DNA from: an uncultured virus (IMG/VR IMGVR_UViG_3300046170_000409)
Lineage: Duplodnaviria; Heunggongvirae; Uroviricota; Caudoviricetes
Length of the DNA stretch: 64,000 nt
Strand: one strand, 5' to 3'
IMG/VR virus record: IMGVR_UViG_3300046170_000409
The notes under the pieces: generated by a model
The model's input: the letters and a program-made list of their open reading frames with translations, nothing else
What the model was told of the DNA's origin: nothing
Databases searched by the model: none
Shown here: positions 50,782 to 60,370 of the stretch, one piece after another
Numbering within the stretch: the first letter of the stretch is position 1
How the letters are laid out: the number at the start of each line of letters is the position of its first letter
Translations under genes and position numbers: made by a program

Positions 50782-51782
50782 TAATCCGCATGCCTGTGTT
50801 TACGTCCTTCAATCGCCAAATATCTATCCAACATATTACCTCTTTTTTTTATACTATCTAAATTAACTTGGAATGGATTTCTTTCCAATATTTTATTTGG
50901 ACTTCCATAACCAGTAATTCTAAAAGTTAATCTATGTAGAATTCTTTTTGAGAATATTTCATCTGTTTCTAATCTTCTTTTGTGCAGAGATAATAATTGG
51001 TCCATTAGAATTATGTCACCAACTTCCCAATCATGGTGGTACATAAATTTTTCTTGATGCAAATAATCTTTTAGATCGTCTTGCAACATTTTATCTTCAG
51101 TCACCAATTTTGCTTTTTGTAGATGACTAAAATATATTCCTTTAACTCCGATAATATTCTCTTGTATCAACCACATTGCATATGGAGCAACTTCAAGATT
51201 CTTAGACACCATTTGTTCTTCCGAAATTATATCTGCCCAATTTGCCATATCATGAATATAATTGCAATAGACACCTTCTATCCTTTTCTTCAAATGCTCA
51301 GGCATTTTTTTATATGCGAGAGCAGTATTCAAAAAAGTAGTTCTGGTATTTTTCACATGTTTGATACCTTGTAAGGCAGTACCATCTGCACCTATTGGAA
51401 GATTCAGGTCACTATGCCAGTCAAGTTTTCCTCTGGCAAACATTCCATTATAATCACCATCTACAAATTTCTCTCCACCAACTCTGTGCATTGGATATGG
51501 TTTACTAGTGTCCCACTTAAATGGATCTGGATATTCTTTGGGTATTCCAAGTTCGTTTCCTTCACTATCCCACCACAGTTCTTTCCAATTTCTTATCTCA
51601 CCTTTACTTACTGAATGTACTAGTTTTGCAAAGTTCAATGGGTCAGTATCTTGATTTCTTATTAAGACAACAGTTTCTTTTCGCAGAGTATTTTTTATTT
51701 CTTCATAATCTCTTGCATTCAATTCTAAAATATCAATATCAGATATTTCAACTGCTCCATTTTCTAGTGGTGTTATTCTCAA
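50778..51782 (-). CDS. TauD/TfdA-family 2OG-Fe(II) dioxygenase
   Basis: LDWHSD, TTFLNTALAY, HDWEVGDIILMDQLLSLHKR, RILHR. Confidence 0.85.
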   Translation of the reverse strand: MRITPLENGAVEISDIDILELNARDYEEIKNTLRKETVVLIRNQDTDPLNFAKLVHSVSKGEIRNWKELWWDSEGNELGIPKEYPDPFKWDTSKPYPMHRVGGEKFVDGDYNGMFARGKLDWHSDLNLPIGADGTALQGIKHVKNTRTTFLNTALAYKKMPEHLKKRIEGVYCNYIHDMANWADIISEEQMVSKNLEVAPYAMWLIQENIIGVKGIYFSHLQKAKLVTEDKMLQDDLKDYLHQEKFMYHHDWEVGDIILMDQLLSLHKRRLETDEIFSKRILHRLTFRITGYGSPNKILERNPFQVNLDSIKKRGNMLDRYLAIEGRKHRHADY

Positions 51783-52558
51783 CTCATTCCAAGATCTAGT
51801 TTTGTACAGATATAATCTTTAACCAAATCACTCCTCACTATATCATCTCTGTTGAAATCAACAGAATCAAAATGTTTCATTCTACTTATAACTTTCATAA
51901 AATCTTGTATACCACTTTTCTCATTTCTTTTGTTTAAATCTGTTTGTGTGAAATCTCCACAAAATATAATTTTACTATTTTCTCCAAGTCTTGTTATGAC
52001 TGAATCTAATTCATGAAAAGTTAAGTTCTGACATTCATCTACGATAACAATACTATCATCAAATGTCAATCCTCTTATAAAAGAAGTTGTTTCAAAATTT
52101 ACAACCTTTTTAGTTTTCAATATATCGTACGCATCTCCACGTTCAAATAATTCAGAAAGTATTGCATAATATGGTGCTTCATATACCTTTGCTTTGTCTT
52201 TCATATTTCCTGGAAGAAATCCAATATCTCTTGTTGGAACAATGGAACGAATTAATTGTATACTGTCATAATCTGATTTTTTATTTAATACCTCTTGTAA
52301 TGCTAAGTAACATGCAATAAATGTTTTACCAGTTCCTGCACAACCATGCAACATTAAATTTTGTTCATTGTAATACGAATTAAATGCTCTCCTTTGATTT
52401 TGGGTTACAGGATTAATATTTGTTATTTTTAATCCACTGTTCTTCTTTGATATTTTTCTTTGGTTTTTTACTCTCTTTCTTTCTACGAGAAAGTTATCAA
52501 TTATATTGTCGCTACTATCATAATCAAGGTTTTTCGCATCGTTCAGGAAATTAGACAT
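51779..52558 (-). CDS. phoH: PhoH-like ATPase
   Basis: GCAGTGKT, IGFLPG, SFIRGLTF, VDECQN, ITRLGENSKIIFCGDFTQTDL, DIVRS. Confidence 0.96.
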   Translation of the reverse strand: MSNFLNDAKNLDYDSSDNIIDNFLVERKRVKNQRKISKKNSGLKITNINPVTQNQRRAFNSYYNEQNLMLHGCAGTGKTFIACYLALQEVLNKKSDYDSIQLIRSIVPTRDIGFLPGNMKDKAKVYEAPYYAILSELFERGDAYDILKTKKVVNFETTSFIRGLTFDDSIVIVDECQNLTFHELDSVITRLGENSKIIFCGDFTQTDLNKRNEKSGIQDFMKVISRMKHFDSVDFNRDDIVRSDLVKDYICTKLDLGMS

Positions 52559-52585
52559 GCAAACTCCTTGTGTTAGTTAATTGTT

Positions 52586-52910
52586 TTATAGATTCTTCAT
52601 TTTATACGATCCCTTGTTCACTTTATGTTTTTTGAGTACCTCATTGGTTTTTGCTACTTTTCGCAGAACGACCACCAACTTTTCCTGCAAGGGCAGAATT
52701 AGGATGTGCTTCAGCAATGCGTGAAAGATTTTCTTTCCAACCATTATCCATTTTGCTGTTATGATTTACTCCAGACACCATGCTTGGTGCAGAGGTCATT
52801 ATAGATTTAATCATTTGATTTTCTTTGAGATAATTCAATTTATCATCATAAGACATTATCAATTCGAACTGTTCTCCAGTTTCTATGTTTTCAAAAGAAT
52901 ATGTTGGCAT
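52586..52910 (-). CDS. FmdB-like small protein; probable +1 frameshift near 52660
   Basis: MPTYSFENIETGE, DNGWKENLSRIAEAHPNS.LA; removing one base gives AKVAKTNEVLKKHK... Confidence 0.65.
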
Positions 52911-52940
52911 GTAACCTCATCATTACTGTATAAAAATTAT

Positions 52941-53507
52941 TTAGGCAGGACAAAACCACTCTGGAATGTCTCTTTTCTTCCATGTAGCAAAAGATTTTTT
53001 TGCAACATTATAATAGTTTCGATAACTTTGTATCGGATTTCCTTTCACAATGCATTGTGGATATTCTTGCATTGCAGCAGGTAATTCAGTTAAACCAATA
53101 TCTGGAATATTGTTTGGTGCGTTTTTTAACCACTTACTTGGTAATGATGCACCATGTGGTTTCTTTTCCCATCCATAACGATATTTGTGTTCTTCTAAGA
53201 GAGCAACATATAACTTATACAACATATCATAGTTTGCTTTAGATTCCCTTACCCACACTGCAGAAGGATGTCCATAGTGTCCAGCATGATAGATATTATC
53301 TTCACGTTCATCTGGTAATTTCCATCTTTTTACTTGTCTTGTTCTGCCATTCTCATAAGTTCTTTCAATGTAATATAATTTACCATCAATCATGCGATGT
53401 GCAGTTGATAACAACTGTGCATATTCTGTTGGCATTTTAACAACGTGTTTATCTAAATGCCATTGTGCACATTGTACTGGATCTTCATGTAAGTGAAATA
53501 CATTCAT
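52941..53507 (-). CDS. Pyrimidine-dimer DNA glycosylase/DenV-family protein
   Basis: MNVFHLHEDPVQCAQWHLDKHVVKM..EYAQLLSTAH, HPSAVWVRES, AMQ, YRNYY..K..FATWKKR..PEW. Confidence 0.8.
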   Translation of the reverse strand: MNVFHLHEDPVQCAQWHLDKHVVKMPTEYAQLLSTAHRMIDGKLYYIERTYENGRTRQVKRWKLPDEREDNIYHAGHYGHPSAVWVRESKANYDMLYKLYVALLEEHKYRYGWEKKPHGASLPSKWLKNAPNNIPDIGLTELPAAMQEYPQCIVKGNPIQSYRNYYNVAKKSFATWKKRDIPEWFCPA

Positions 53508-53797
53508 TCTTTATCTTCTCCTCCCTCATTATCATCTCTTTCTTTCATAAATTTATACATTGCAGATTCTTCCCAATCGAATTTTAATTGCAATGATTTT
53601 TGTTGATTCAAAGTTTTTATTAATTCTTCAATCGTTAATATAGTAACTCGTCTTTCAGTATCAAGAAAATGCACCTTTGCTTTCATGTAAGCAAGTTGGT
53701 CTTCAAGTTCTTGAATTTCTTCTCCAGACATTTCTTCTGGTTTATTTGAGTAAACCTTGAAGTTATGTTGAATTACATTATTTGCAGATGCACTCAT
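53504..53797 (-). CDS. Hypothetical protein
   Basis: ORF in operon context. Confidence 0.6.
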   Translation of the reverse strand: MSASANNVIQHNFKVYSNKPEEMSGEEIQELEDQLAYMKAKVHFLDTERRVTILTIEELIKTLNQQKSLQLKFDWEESAMYKFMKERDDNEGGEDKE

Positions 53798-53798
53798 A

Positions 53799-54101
53799 TT
53801 AAACTAACTGTTTCCTGACAAAACTTAAAACCTTAGTGAATCCTACAGTTCTTTGTATTTGGTCTTGAACAAGTTGTCTGTCAGATGGTTTTGGAATATT
53901 TAATAATCCATCTTTCATTGCTTTTGCTTCAAACCATTTGATTCCTTTGATTTTATCACCATCATCGGTCACTACCCAATCTCTTGGTTTTTCTGTACCT
54001 TTAGAATCAATCACTTTTCCTAATTGTTCAAACATACAAAGTTCTTTGTAATCTGGATTAAGTCCATCAATTTGCATTGCATCTTCAATCATGTTACTCA
54101 T
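53799..54101 (-). CDS. Hypothetical protein
   Basis: AAGGAG RBS; operon context. Confidence 0.65.
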   Translation of the reverse strand: MSNMIEDAMQIDGLNPDYKELCMFEQLGKVIDSKGTEKPRDWVVTDDGDKIKGIKWFEAKAMKDGLLNIPKPSDRQLVQDQIQRTVGFTKVLSFVRKQLV

Positions 54102-54114
54102 AATATTCTCTCCT

Positions 54115-54351
54115 TCATTTAATTGTTACAGCACTCTCGATTTCTTTATATACTTTACTTGCACCACTATAATCAATACACATTTTTTCCTCTTTGGTTC
54201 GGATAACGAAGTAGTCAGATGGCAATGATGGACATTGCATTTTGACTTTAACTATTTTTATCTCATGTGGTTCCTCGTGTATTAAATATAACAGTCCAGA
54301 AAGATACATAACGAATCCTACAATCACGATATTGCAAATTGTATTGAACAC
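54115..54351 (-). CDS. Small membrane protein
   Basis: N-terminal TM segment. Confidence 0.55.
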   Translation of the reverse strand: MFNTICNIVIVGFVMYLSGLLYLIHEEPHEIKIVKVKMQCPSLPSDYFVIRTKEEKMCIDYSGASKVYKEIESAVTIK

Positions 54352-54353
54352 TA

Positions 54354-54857
54354 TTACTGATTATCCTCTGTTGTTACTGTTTTGTCCTCCAGTTCAATTT
54401 CTGGAAAGACAATTGCCTCAGATCTTTCAATCCTAAGTTGAACATATGTACGATACATATTTCCCTCTTTAAAGACAACCTTATTCGAAACTGAATACTT
54501 GGAAACATCAATTCCTTCGTATCCAGATTTTGACACTTTTTGTGCTCTCGAATTTGTTTCGGAAATTGTGCTAATCATTTCAGAAGAAACAACAGCACTG
54601 AGTTTGTCACCCAAACTTACCTTTGCTTGATGATATGCTTTATCCATAGAAAATTGAATGTCCTCTGCTAAACCTGTTCCAGTTCCAAAGACTTCAATTG
54701 CATTATCGGGTTGGGGTTTTATATACCATTCAGGTATACCTTTTTCTTCGATTATGTCAACGACTTTCACATCATCAACCACTCGAAAGTTTTTTGCTCC
54801 AAGACAACCTGTCAAAACAAATGACAGTGCAATCAATGGAAATATAGTTCTTATCAT
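54354..54857 (-). CDS. Lipoprotein (LPP20-like)
   Basis: Lipobox LTGC; IPEWY; GTG; AKVSLGDKL; YRTYVQL. Confidence 0.75.
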   Translation of the reverse strand: MIRTIFPLIALSFVLTGCLGAKNFRVVDDVKVVDIIEEKGIPEWYIKPQPDNAIEVFGTGTGLAEDIQFSMDKAYHQAKVSLGDKLSAVVSSEMISTISETNSRAQKVSKSGYEGIDVSKYSVSNKVVFKEGNMYRTYVQLRIERSEAIVFPEIELEDKTVTTEDNQ

Positions 54858-54882
54858 AATAAATACCTCACATTTAGACTGT

Positions 54883-54911
54883 ATTATAATTCAAGTAAAT
54901 AGAAATGTCAA
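54883..54911 (-). promoter_or_regulatory. Consensus sigma70 promoter
   Basis: TTGACA-N17-TATAAT. Confidence 0.85.
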
Positions 54912-54919
54912 CAGTTATT

Positions 54920-55141
54920 TTAGATACCAACAACTTCATCACAAATAGAATCGAAGTGGTCATAGAAATGATTTTCAACAAATACCACATGGAATGCAGG
55001 GTTATCTACAGTTGCACAATAGGCATCGGAATCTACAAAGTTCCAATTTATAGTTCCGTTTTCATTGATATTTTCAGGGTTTTTAATCGCCTTTTCAACG
55101 TTTTCTTTAATTGTCTCGATTAGGGCATTAATGTTATACAT
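54920..55141 (-). CDS. Hypothetical early protein
   Basis: AAGGAG RBS behind a consensus promoter; INWNFVDSDAY. Confidence 0.7.
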   Translation of the reverse strand: MYNINALIETIKENVEKAIKNPENINENGTINWNFVDSDAYCATVDNPAFHVVFVENHFYDHFDSICDEVVGI

Positions 55142-55175
55142 ACGTTTTTCTCCTTTTTTAATAACTTACAAGAAG

Positions 55176-55204
55176 ATTATAACGTATCCAGAAAGAAATG
55201 TCAA
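55176..55204 (-). promoter_or_regulatory. Consensus sigma70 promoter with A-tract UP element
   Basis: TTGACA-N17-TATAAT. Confidence 0.85.
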
Positions 55205-55253
55205 GTGTTTTTTTGTCTTTTTTTGAAAATAAATTGCTTGTTAAATCAACAAC

Positions 55254-55418
55254 TTATAGTGTTCCTTCGACCTCTAATATGAGTTCGTCGACTCGAGATG
55301 TCCACATTGAACCATGTGTTAGTTCGATAGTCTCTTTAATTTCCTCTGGTGACATACCAGAATTCATTAAATCGATGATATCAGAATCAACTTCTATCAT
55401 TAAATCGCTCATTGACAT
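55254..55418 (-). CDS. Small acidic hypothetical protein (54 aa), absent from the ORF track
   Basis: Manual translation MSMSDLMIEVDSDIIDLMNSGMSPEEIKE...; AAGGAG RBS. Confidence 0.6.
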   Translation of the reverse strand: MSMSDLMIEVDSDIIDLMNSGMSPEEIKETIELTHGSMWTSRVDELILEVEGTL

Positions 55419-55422
55419 TTTA

Positions 55423-55617
55423 TTATTCTCCTTTTTCTTTAACTATAGCAGGTGTTATTTCACCATTTTTGTCTATATGTATTATTCCTTCATCTTGGAG
55501 GTCATTTAATATTCTATGTGATGTTTCTACAACACCATTATTAAACCCATTTATCCAAGAAGTGTATGCACATGCGATAATCGCAAATCCAAAAATAAGC
55601 ATCCAAGTAACTGACAT
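55423..55617 (-). CDS. Small membrane protein
   Basis: N-terminal TM segment; GGAGG RBS. Confidence 0.65.
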   Translation of the reverse strand: MSVTWMLIFGFAIIACAYTSWINGFNNGVVETSHRILNDLQDEGIIHIDKNGEITPAIVKEKGE

Positions 55618-55637
55618 AATGTCCTCCCTTGTTTATT

Positions 55638-56216
55638 CTATTTATTAACTTTGTCTTTGAATACAGACTCTCGCATAATCATTATGTTATTTGAATCTAG
55701 AGATTTATACTCTACATTGTCTGGAACAACAAATACAAATGTTACTTTATTTTGTTTATTCGCATACCAATTCAGATATGTTACACGATTAAAATTATCT
55801 GCACCACTGGCATGTGTTTCTGGACCATAATTTTCTGTATTCTTATATACATTGTCTGTAGAAATATCACCATCCAAAATAAAATCAAATCCAATACAAT
55901 AAAGAATATTATGTTGCAACATAATTGCTTCTTCCATTGCAACCATACCTGCATTATTTCTTTTTCGATATGGACTATATTCACCAGATTCCCATCTTCT
56001 ATCAGGATCTGGAAAAACTATATTTCTTCCTTTTAACTTAGCATTTTGTATTTCTTCAATAATACCATCATCAATTGCAACAAGATAATCCCATTTATCA
56101 AAATCTCTGTACAATGCATTACAACCAAAAATTGTTGCTTTGCCGACTAAAGAATTTAAATCAAAATTACTTCTTGTCTTTCCATTTCCAACGATAATTG
56201 CTACTTTGTTTTCCAA
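55638..56216 (-). CDS. Rossmann-like protein (DUF115/sugar-transferase-like)
   Basis: AIIVGNGKTR, FGCNALYRDF, LVAID, YCIGFD. Confidence 0.65.
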   Translation of the reverse strand: MENKVAIIVGNGKTRSNFDLNSLVGKATIFGCNALYRDFDKWDYLVAIDDGIIEEIQNAKLKGRNIVFPDPDRRWESGEYSPYRKRNNAGMVAMEEAIMLQHNILYCIGFDFILDGDISTDNVYKNTENYGPETHASGADNFNRVTYLNWYANKQNKVTFVFVVPDNVEYKSLDSNNIMIMRESVFKDKVNK

Positions 56217-56275
56217 TCCAACTCCATGGCATTGCGCAAATACTTTTTGCTTTTACCCATAATAATGTTTTATCC

Positions 56276-56716
56276 TTACGAAAACCAATTCCTCGCAAGG
56301 TTGGGAAATGCTTCCGCAACTAACTTACGAGTTACTCCTTTGTATGGTAGTTTACGATCTTTCATTCCAATGAGAACTTTTACTTCACATGGATGAACAG
56401 ATTCTAATAATTGTATAAACAATTGTTCTCTTCTCATTTGCTTTAGATTCTTTTGTGTATCAGTTGGACCTTCAACAAAAAGATAGAATTGCTTCTGTGC
56501 ATAACCCATTGTAATTTCTGCATCAGAGTTTTCTGATAATGATTTATGTGGTGGTGTTCCCTCTGGTAATAACCACTTAACATTTGGATCGTATGTGTGT
56601 CCAAGAATTGCTTTAAGAGTTGGACTGCTATTCTGTTTAAGAATTTCAATCTTCTCTTTTTTTGTTTTTGCTTTTTCCACTGCTTTAAAAATGGAATCAA
56701 AATATTTTATTGGCAT
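56276..56716 (-). CDS. Conserved hypothetical protein typically next to rnh in T4-like phages
   Basis: KKEKIEILK, YDPNVKWLLPEG.PP, RREQLFIQLLESVHP. Confidence 0.8.
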   Translation of the reverse strand: MPIKYFDSIFKAVEKAKTKKEKIEILKQNSSPTLKAILGHTYDPNVKWLLPEGTPPHKSLSENSDAEITMGYAQKQFYLFVEGPTDTQKNLKQMRREQLFIQLLESVHPCEVKVLIGMKDRKLPYKGVTRKLVAEAFPNLARNWFS

Positions 56717-57577
56717 TTAAAATTCACCTATGCTGTCTGTTAATCTACTCAAACGATGTTTGATAAAATAATTTAATAATCCCTTTCTTGAAGGAACTTC
56801 ATATTTATCATATGCATCATTAACCCCTTGTTTGATTTGTTCTGGAACAAAATTCAAATCTACTAATTGTTGATTTCTTTTATAGTTTTTCAACATCTCA
56901 TCATCACAAAATTCTTCAGGAGATTTATTTACCCACATCTCAATCTTTTTTGTTGCAAGTGGTCTCTGACGTTCTTTTTGGATAATACATGAATCCTTTG
57001 ATAAGAAATTAGGAATACCATCACCACGATCTCCTTTAAGTATATGTTCTTTAAGAAATCGTTCGGCATCTGATATCTTAATCCATTTCTTAGTAACTGG
57101 ACTAAATTGTACAACATTTGCATATTTCTGAAGTTGCCCAAAGTCTTTATCACCAGATAGAATAAGTATCTTTTCTGTATCACTGGCATTAATTTGAACA
57201 CCAAATCGATTAGTTAAAGTACCAATAATATCATCTGCCTCTGCATGCTCAATCTGTAACACACGATAAGGGAAATGCACTTTAAGTTCTTCTCTTATTT
57301 TATTTAATGATTCAAATATTAATTGCCAATCAAAAATAGATTTTGCACGATCTTCTTTTCGATGTGCTTTATAATATGGGAAGATTTCTTTTCTCCAATA
57401 GTTTTTGTCATCACAACAAATAACCATATCTCCATATTCTTTGAATTTTGTACGATACATTCTGATGCTGTTGAGCACCATATGACGAATTAATCCTTCA
57501 TCCATATCGGTGCGACCACCTTCAGTTTGTATCATCAAGTTAGAAATCATAACCTGATTTAAATCTAACAATATCAT
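56717..57577 (-). CDS. rnh: T4-type RNase H (5'-3' exonuclease)
   Basis: ILLDLNQ, RHMVLNS, YWRKEIFPYYKAHRK, EADDII, SGDKDF.QL, GDRGDGIPN. Confidence 0.95.
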   Translation of the reverse strand: MILLDLNQVMISNLMIQTEGGRTDMDEGLIRHMVLNSIRMYRTKFKEYGDMVICCDDKNYWRKEIFPYYKAHRKEDRAKSIFDWQLIFESLNKIREELKVHFPYRVLQIEHAEADDIIGTLTNRFGVQINASDTEKILILSGDKDFGQLQKYANVVQFSPVTKKWIKISDAERFLKEHILKGDRGDGIPNFLSKDSCIIQKERQRPLATKKIEMWVNKSPEEFCDDEMLKNYKRNQQLVDLNFVPEQIKQGVNDAYDKYEVPSRKGLLNYFIKHRLSRLTDSIGEF

Positions 57578-57609
57578 TGTATATATCTCATTTCATTATT
57601 TGTTCTTAG

Positions 57610-57638
57610 AGTATACTATATCTAGTATCAAATGTCAA
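57610..57638 (-). promoter_or_regulatory. Sigma70 promoter for rnh
   Basis: TTGACA-N17-TATACT. Confidence 0.8.
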
Positions 57639-57646
57639 GTGTTATA

Positions 57647-58636
57647 TTAACCTACATTAACATTCTTTGATAGAGCATTCAGTAAACCAGTCCACTCTGC
57701 AGCACGAAGATCCCAATTGTAGAAATTGTCAACCCAATTCTTCTGGAACATCAATTTCTTTTGACTATCTTCATTAAGAACATTATCAATAGTGTGTCTT
57801 AATACATTGGCGAATATGTTAGCATGATATTGCATATCTTCACTAAACTGATACATTGTAGCAAAATTGCCAGTTGTTTCAGGTAATGCAGCAAGATTTG
57901 GACAAACAACTTCACATCCTGCAGACATTGCTTCAATTGCAGAAATACAAGAAGTTTCTTGCCAAATACTTGGATATGCATATATGTGTGCCTCTTGTAA
58001 TGCACTTCTTACAACATCATTTGGTTGAAATCCATGATAAGTCATATTTGGATGTTCTTCTGCAGTTTTAAATAAATCCTTATATGGTTCATCTCTTTCT
58101 TCCCAACCATATGCTTTAAATGATGAATAAACATCTAAATGTACTTTATCTTTATACATTTCTGAAAGTTTCTGCATCACAGGAATTAATAGTTGCAATC
58201 CACGATGTGGTGTTGTATGATAGATAACCTTAATTTGGTCAGTTGATTTCTTTTTGAATGGTATAGGATCTATTGCATTCTTTAATACAATTGAATCAGA
58301 ATAAGGAACACCAAGTCCCATGTTGTATGTTTGTAATTGCCAATTTGAAACAAAGACCAATTTACCAAATCTTTTACGAGATTCAGGATCTTTTAAATGC
58401 TGTGCTTCAGGATCTGCCCAAAGGTCATGTAACCATAAAATATTAGTTTTGTCTGTAGAGACTTCACGAACACGAGATTTGATAATATTAAATTGTTCAA
58501 GTAATGATTTGTCAACACGTTCTACAAGAGCATTGTTCATTAACTCAGTGCCACCTTGTGCTTTATTCCAAGTGCCATCATCATTCATTTTACTTGCGTT
58601 TTCAACTTCTTTGTTGTCTATAATATTTAAACTCAT
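57647..58636 (-). CDS. GT4-family glycosyltransferase
   Basis: GGTE, LWLHD, VFVSNWQ, YHTTPHRGL, YPSIWQETSCISAIEAMSAG (EX7E). Confidence 0.9.
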   Translation of the reverse strand: MSLNIIDNKEVENASKMNDDGTWNKAQGGTELMNNALVERVDKSLLEQFNIIKSRVREVSTDKTNILWLHDLWADPEAQHLKDPESRKRFGKLVFVSNWQLQTYNMGLGVPYSDSIVLKNAIDPIPFKKKSTDQIKVIYHTTPHRGLQLLIPVMQKLSEMYKDKVHLDVYSSFKAYGWEERDEPYKDLFKTAEEHPNMTYHGFQPNDVVRSALQEAHIYAYPSIWQETSCISAIEAMSAGCEVVCPNLAALPETTGNFATMYQFSEDMQYHANIFANVLRHTIDNVLNEDSQKKLMFQKNWVDNFYNWDLRAAEWTGLLNALSKNVNVG

Positions 58637-58914
58637 GACTCATGCACCGAAATCGAATCAATTGTATTAAATGAAATTACTGAATCAACTCTAAAAGATC
58701 TCCAGTCTGATTTTACTAAATCATATGCAACAACAACATCTGTATTTTCTTTTACTGTATTTGTTGTTGGTTGACCACTTCCAGTTTTGCCACTTTCAGG
58801 AACCAAGTCTTTCATTGTAGTACATTTCATAGTTCTTTGTTCGCCATTTTTCTTAGTGAAAACAACCTCAACAAAGTGTTCACTGAGTGTTTTCTTCATA
58901 TCATCAAATTTCAT
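58633..58914 (-). CDS. SH3-like/WYL-like small protein
   Basis: VVFTKKNGEQRTMKCT, YDLVKSDWRSFRVDSV. Confidence 0.8.
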   Translation of the reverse strand: MKFDDMKKTLSEHFVEVVFTKKNGEQRTMKCTTMKDLVPESGKTGSGQPTTNTVKENTDVVVAYDLVKSDWRSFRVDSVISFNTIDSISVHES

Positions 58915-58942
58915 AATTATCTCCTTTATTTCAATTCATTCA

Positions 58943-58971
58943 ATTATAGTACAAGTATTCTTAAATGTCAA
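58943..58971 (-). promoter_or_regulatory. Consensus sigma70 promoter
   Basis: TTGACA-N17-TATAAT. Confidence 0.85.
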
Positions 58972-59692
58972 ACATTAAATGCTTTTTAATCAAATCATAA
59001 CTGTTTGGGTGTAGTGCAAAAAAGAATGTGTACACAAAATCGCCCTCTGCATTAGCAAAATGTTTTATGTTTGTATCACAAAGGTACAGACGACCACGTT
59101 CTATATTTTCTTCCCTCATATACTTTTCGCCATCCCAGAAAGAAAAATTATAATTTTCTGGATCGTTAGTTCCCCACAATCTTATTTGTGGAGCAGGAAC
59201 TGAAGTATCTCTATGAGGACTAAATCCCTGTTCATTATTCCACCAAAGAATACAAGTTCTGTAATGATGGTCATAGAATTCATTCATGTAATATTTTAAA
59301 GATTGTATTGATTTAAATTTGTCATTTACGATATTGAAATCGCTCTCAATTAAAGGATAATCTGGATATTCATAAGACCATTTATCTAATGGTATTGTGA
59401 TGGGATTATATCCACTTTCAGGCAGATTCATATCTGTATCAGTTAATCCCAACCCATAACGAAAGGGATATTTTGCTTTATCATATTCTAGTCCCCAATA
59501 TGTAAAATCGCTATGACAAGATTTCATTTCCTCTTCAAACTTATTACAATCAATAACTATGTCAAGAGGTATTAAATTCCCTGTATGAAGACTGGCATAA
59601 TCTTCTTCACTTACCATTGGGAGAGAAAACCATTTGTCACGATACTTATGATACTTTGGATTTTTTTCTAATTCTTCACCAATACTAATCAT
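58961..59692 (-). CDS. Putative 2OG-Fe(II) oxygenase-like protein
   Basis: GFSPHRD (HxD), GRLYLCDTNIKH. Confidence 0.6.
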   Translation of the reverse strand: MISIGEELEKNPKYHKYRDKWFSLPMVSEEDYASLHTGNLIPLDIVIDCNKFEEEMKSCHSDFTYWGLEYDKAKYPFRYGLGLTDTDMNLPESGYNPITIPLDKWSYEYPDYPLIESDFNIVNDKFKSIQSLKYYMNEFYDHHYRTCILWWNNEQGFSPHRDTSVPAPQIRLWGTNDPENYNFSFWDGEKYMREENIERGRLYLCDTNIKHFANAEGDFVYTFFFALHPNSYDLIKKHLMFDI

Positions 59693-60138
59693 ACTAGACC
59701 AACCAGATGCATTCTTACTTCTCTAGATGCATTGACTGCAGTATGTGTTTTTCTGGTGTCTATTGTATAGACTTTTCCTATTTCTTTCATCCAGACAACC
59801 TCTTCATCTACGAGCATAAAGCAACTATCTAAATCTCCCTTTAAAGGAATATGTACTCTTTCTGTAACATCCCGATGTAACGTGTAACAAGTCTTTGCCC
59901 TCATACACATAACACGTGTGCGATACATCCCTAAGTTAGAAATAATTTCGTTTGTGTATGGAATATCATATAGTGGATAGATGAACAATTCTTCATCATG
60001 CTCTAAATCTTGCACTCCACCTTGACCATAAGATTTGTCCTTCTGGTCTTTTAATCCTTGTAAGACAAATTGTTCCTGACGTTTGAATTTAGGAATAGAA
60101 TATAACTCTTCTAATATTTTATTGGCATCATACTTCAT
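59689..60138 (-). CDS. Asp/Asn beta-hydroxylase-like 2OG-Fe(II) oxygenase
   Basis: RTRVM, YTLHRD..RVHIPL, DTRKTHTAVN.S.E.RMHLV. Confidence 0.75.
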   Translation of the reverse strand: MKYDANKILEELYSIPKFKRQEQFVLQGLKDQKDKSYGQGGVQDLEHDEELFIYPLYDIPYTNEIISNLGMYRTRVMCMRAKTCYTLHRDVTERVHIPLKGDLDSCFMLVDEEVVWMKEIGKVYTIDTRKTHTAVNASREVRMHLVGLV

Positions 60139-60242
60139 TTACATATATATTCATCTAATAATGGTTGAGCAAATGGAAGAATATGTTCCCAATTGAGTAT
60201 AACAACTCCAGCAATAACCACTCCAAATATAAAGTTTATCAT
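60135..60242 (-). CDS. 35-aa membrane peptide
   Basis: Manual translation MINFIFGVVIAGVVILNWEHILPFAQPLLDEYICK; ATGA-type coupling at both ends. Confidence 0.45.
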   Translation of the reverse strand: MINFIFGVVIAGVVILNWEHILPFAQPLLDEYICK

Positions 60243-60370
60243 AAGGATTTCCCCTTTTTGTTTATTTTGTTTGCACTACAGAATGTATATCCTAAACTAT
60301 TGTAATGTGCATAGACACACATTGTGATGTTAACAATTACATATATGCCAAATGCGATGATTAACCACAT
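60239..60370 (-). CDS. 43-aa membrane peptide
   Basis: Manual translation MWLIIAFGIYVIVNITMCVYAHYNSLGY...; fills the gap after the epimerase. Confidence 0.4.
   Translation of the reverse strand: MWLIIAFGIYVIVNITMCVYAHYNSLGYTFCSANKINKKGKSL

Noticed and set aside
56201..56260. Short ORF MGKSKKYLRNAMELDWKTK that could join the 55638-56216 gene through a frameshift
   Set aside because: The TTG at 56216 has a plausible GGAG RBS; cannot separate a missing base from a real start without homologues
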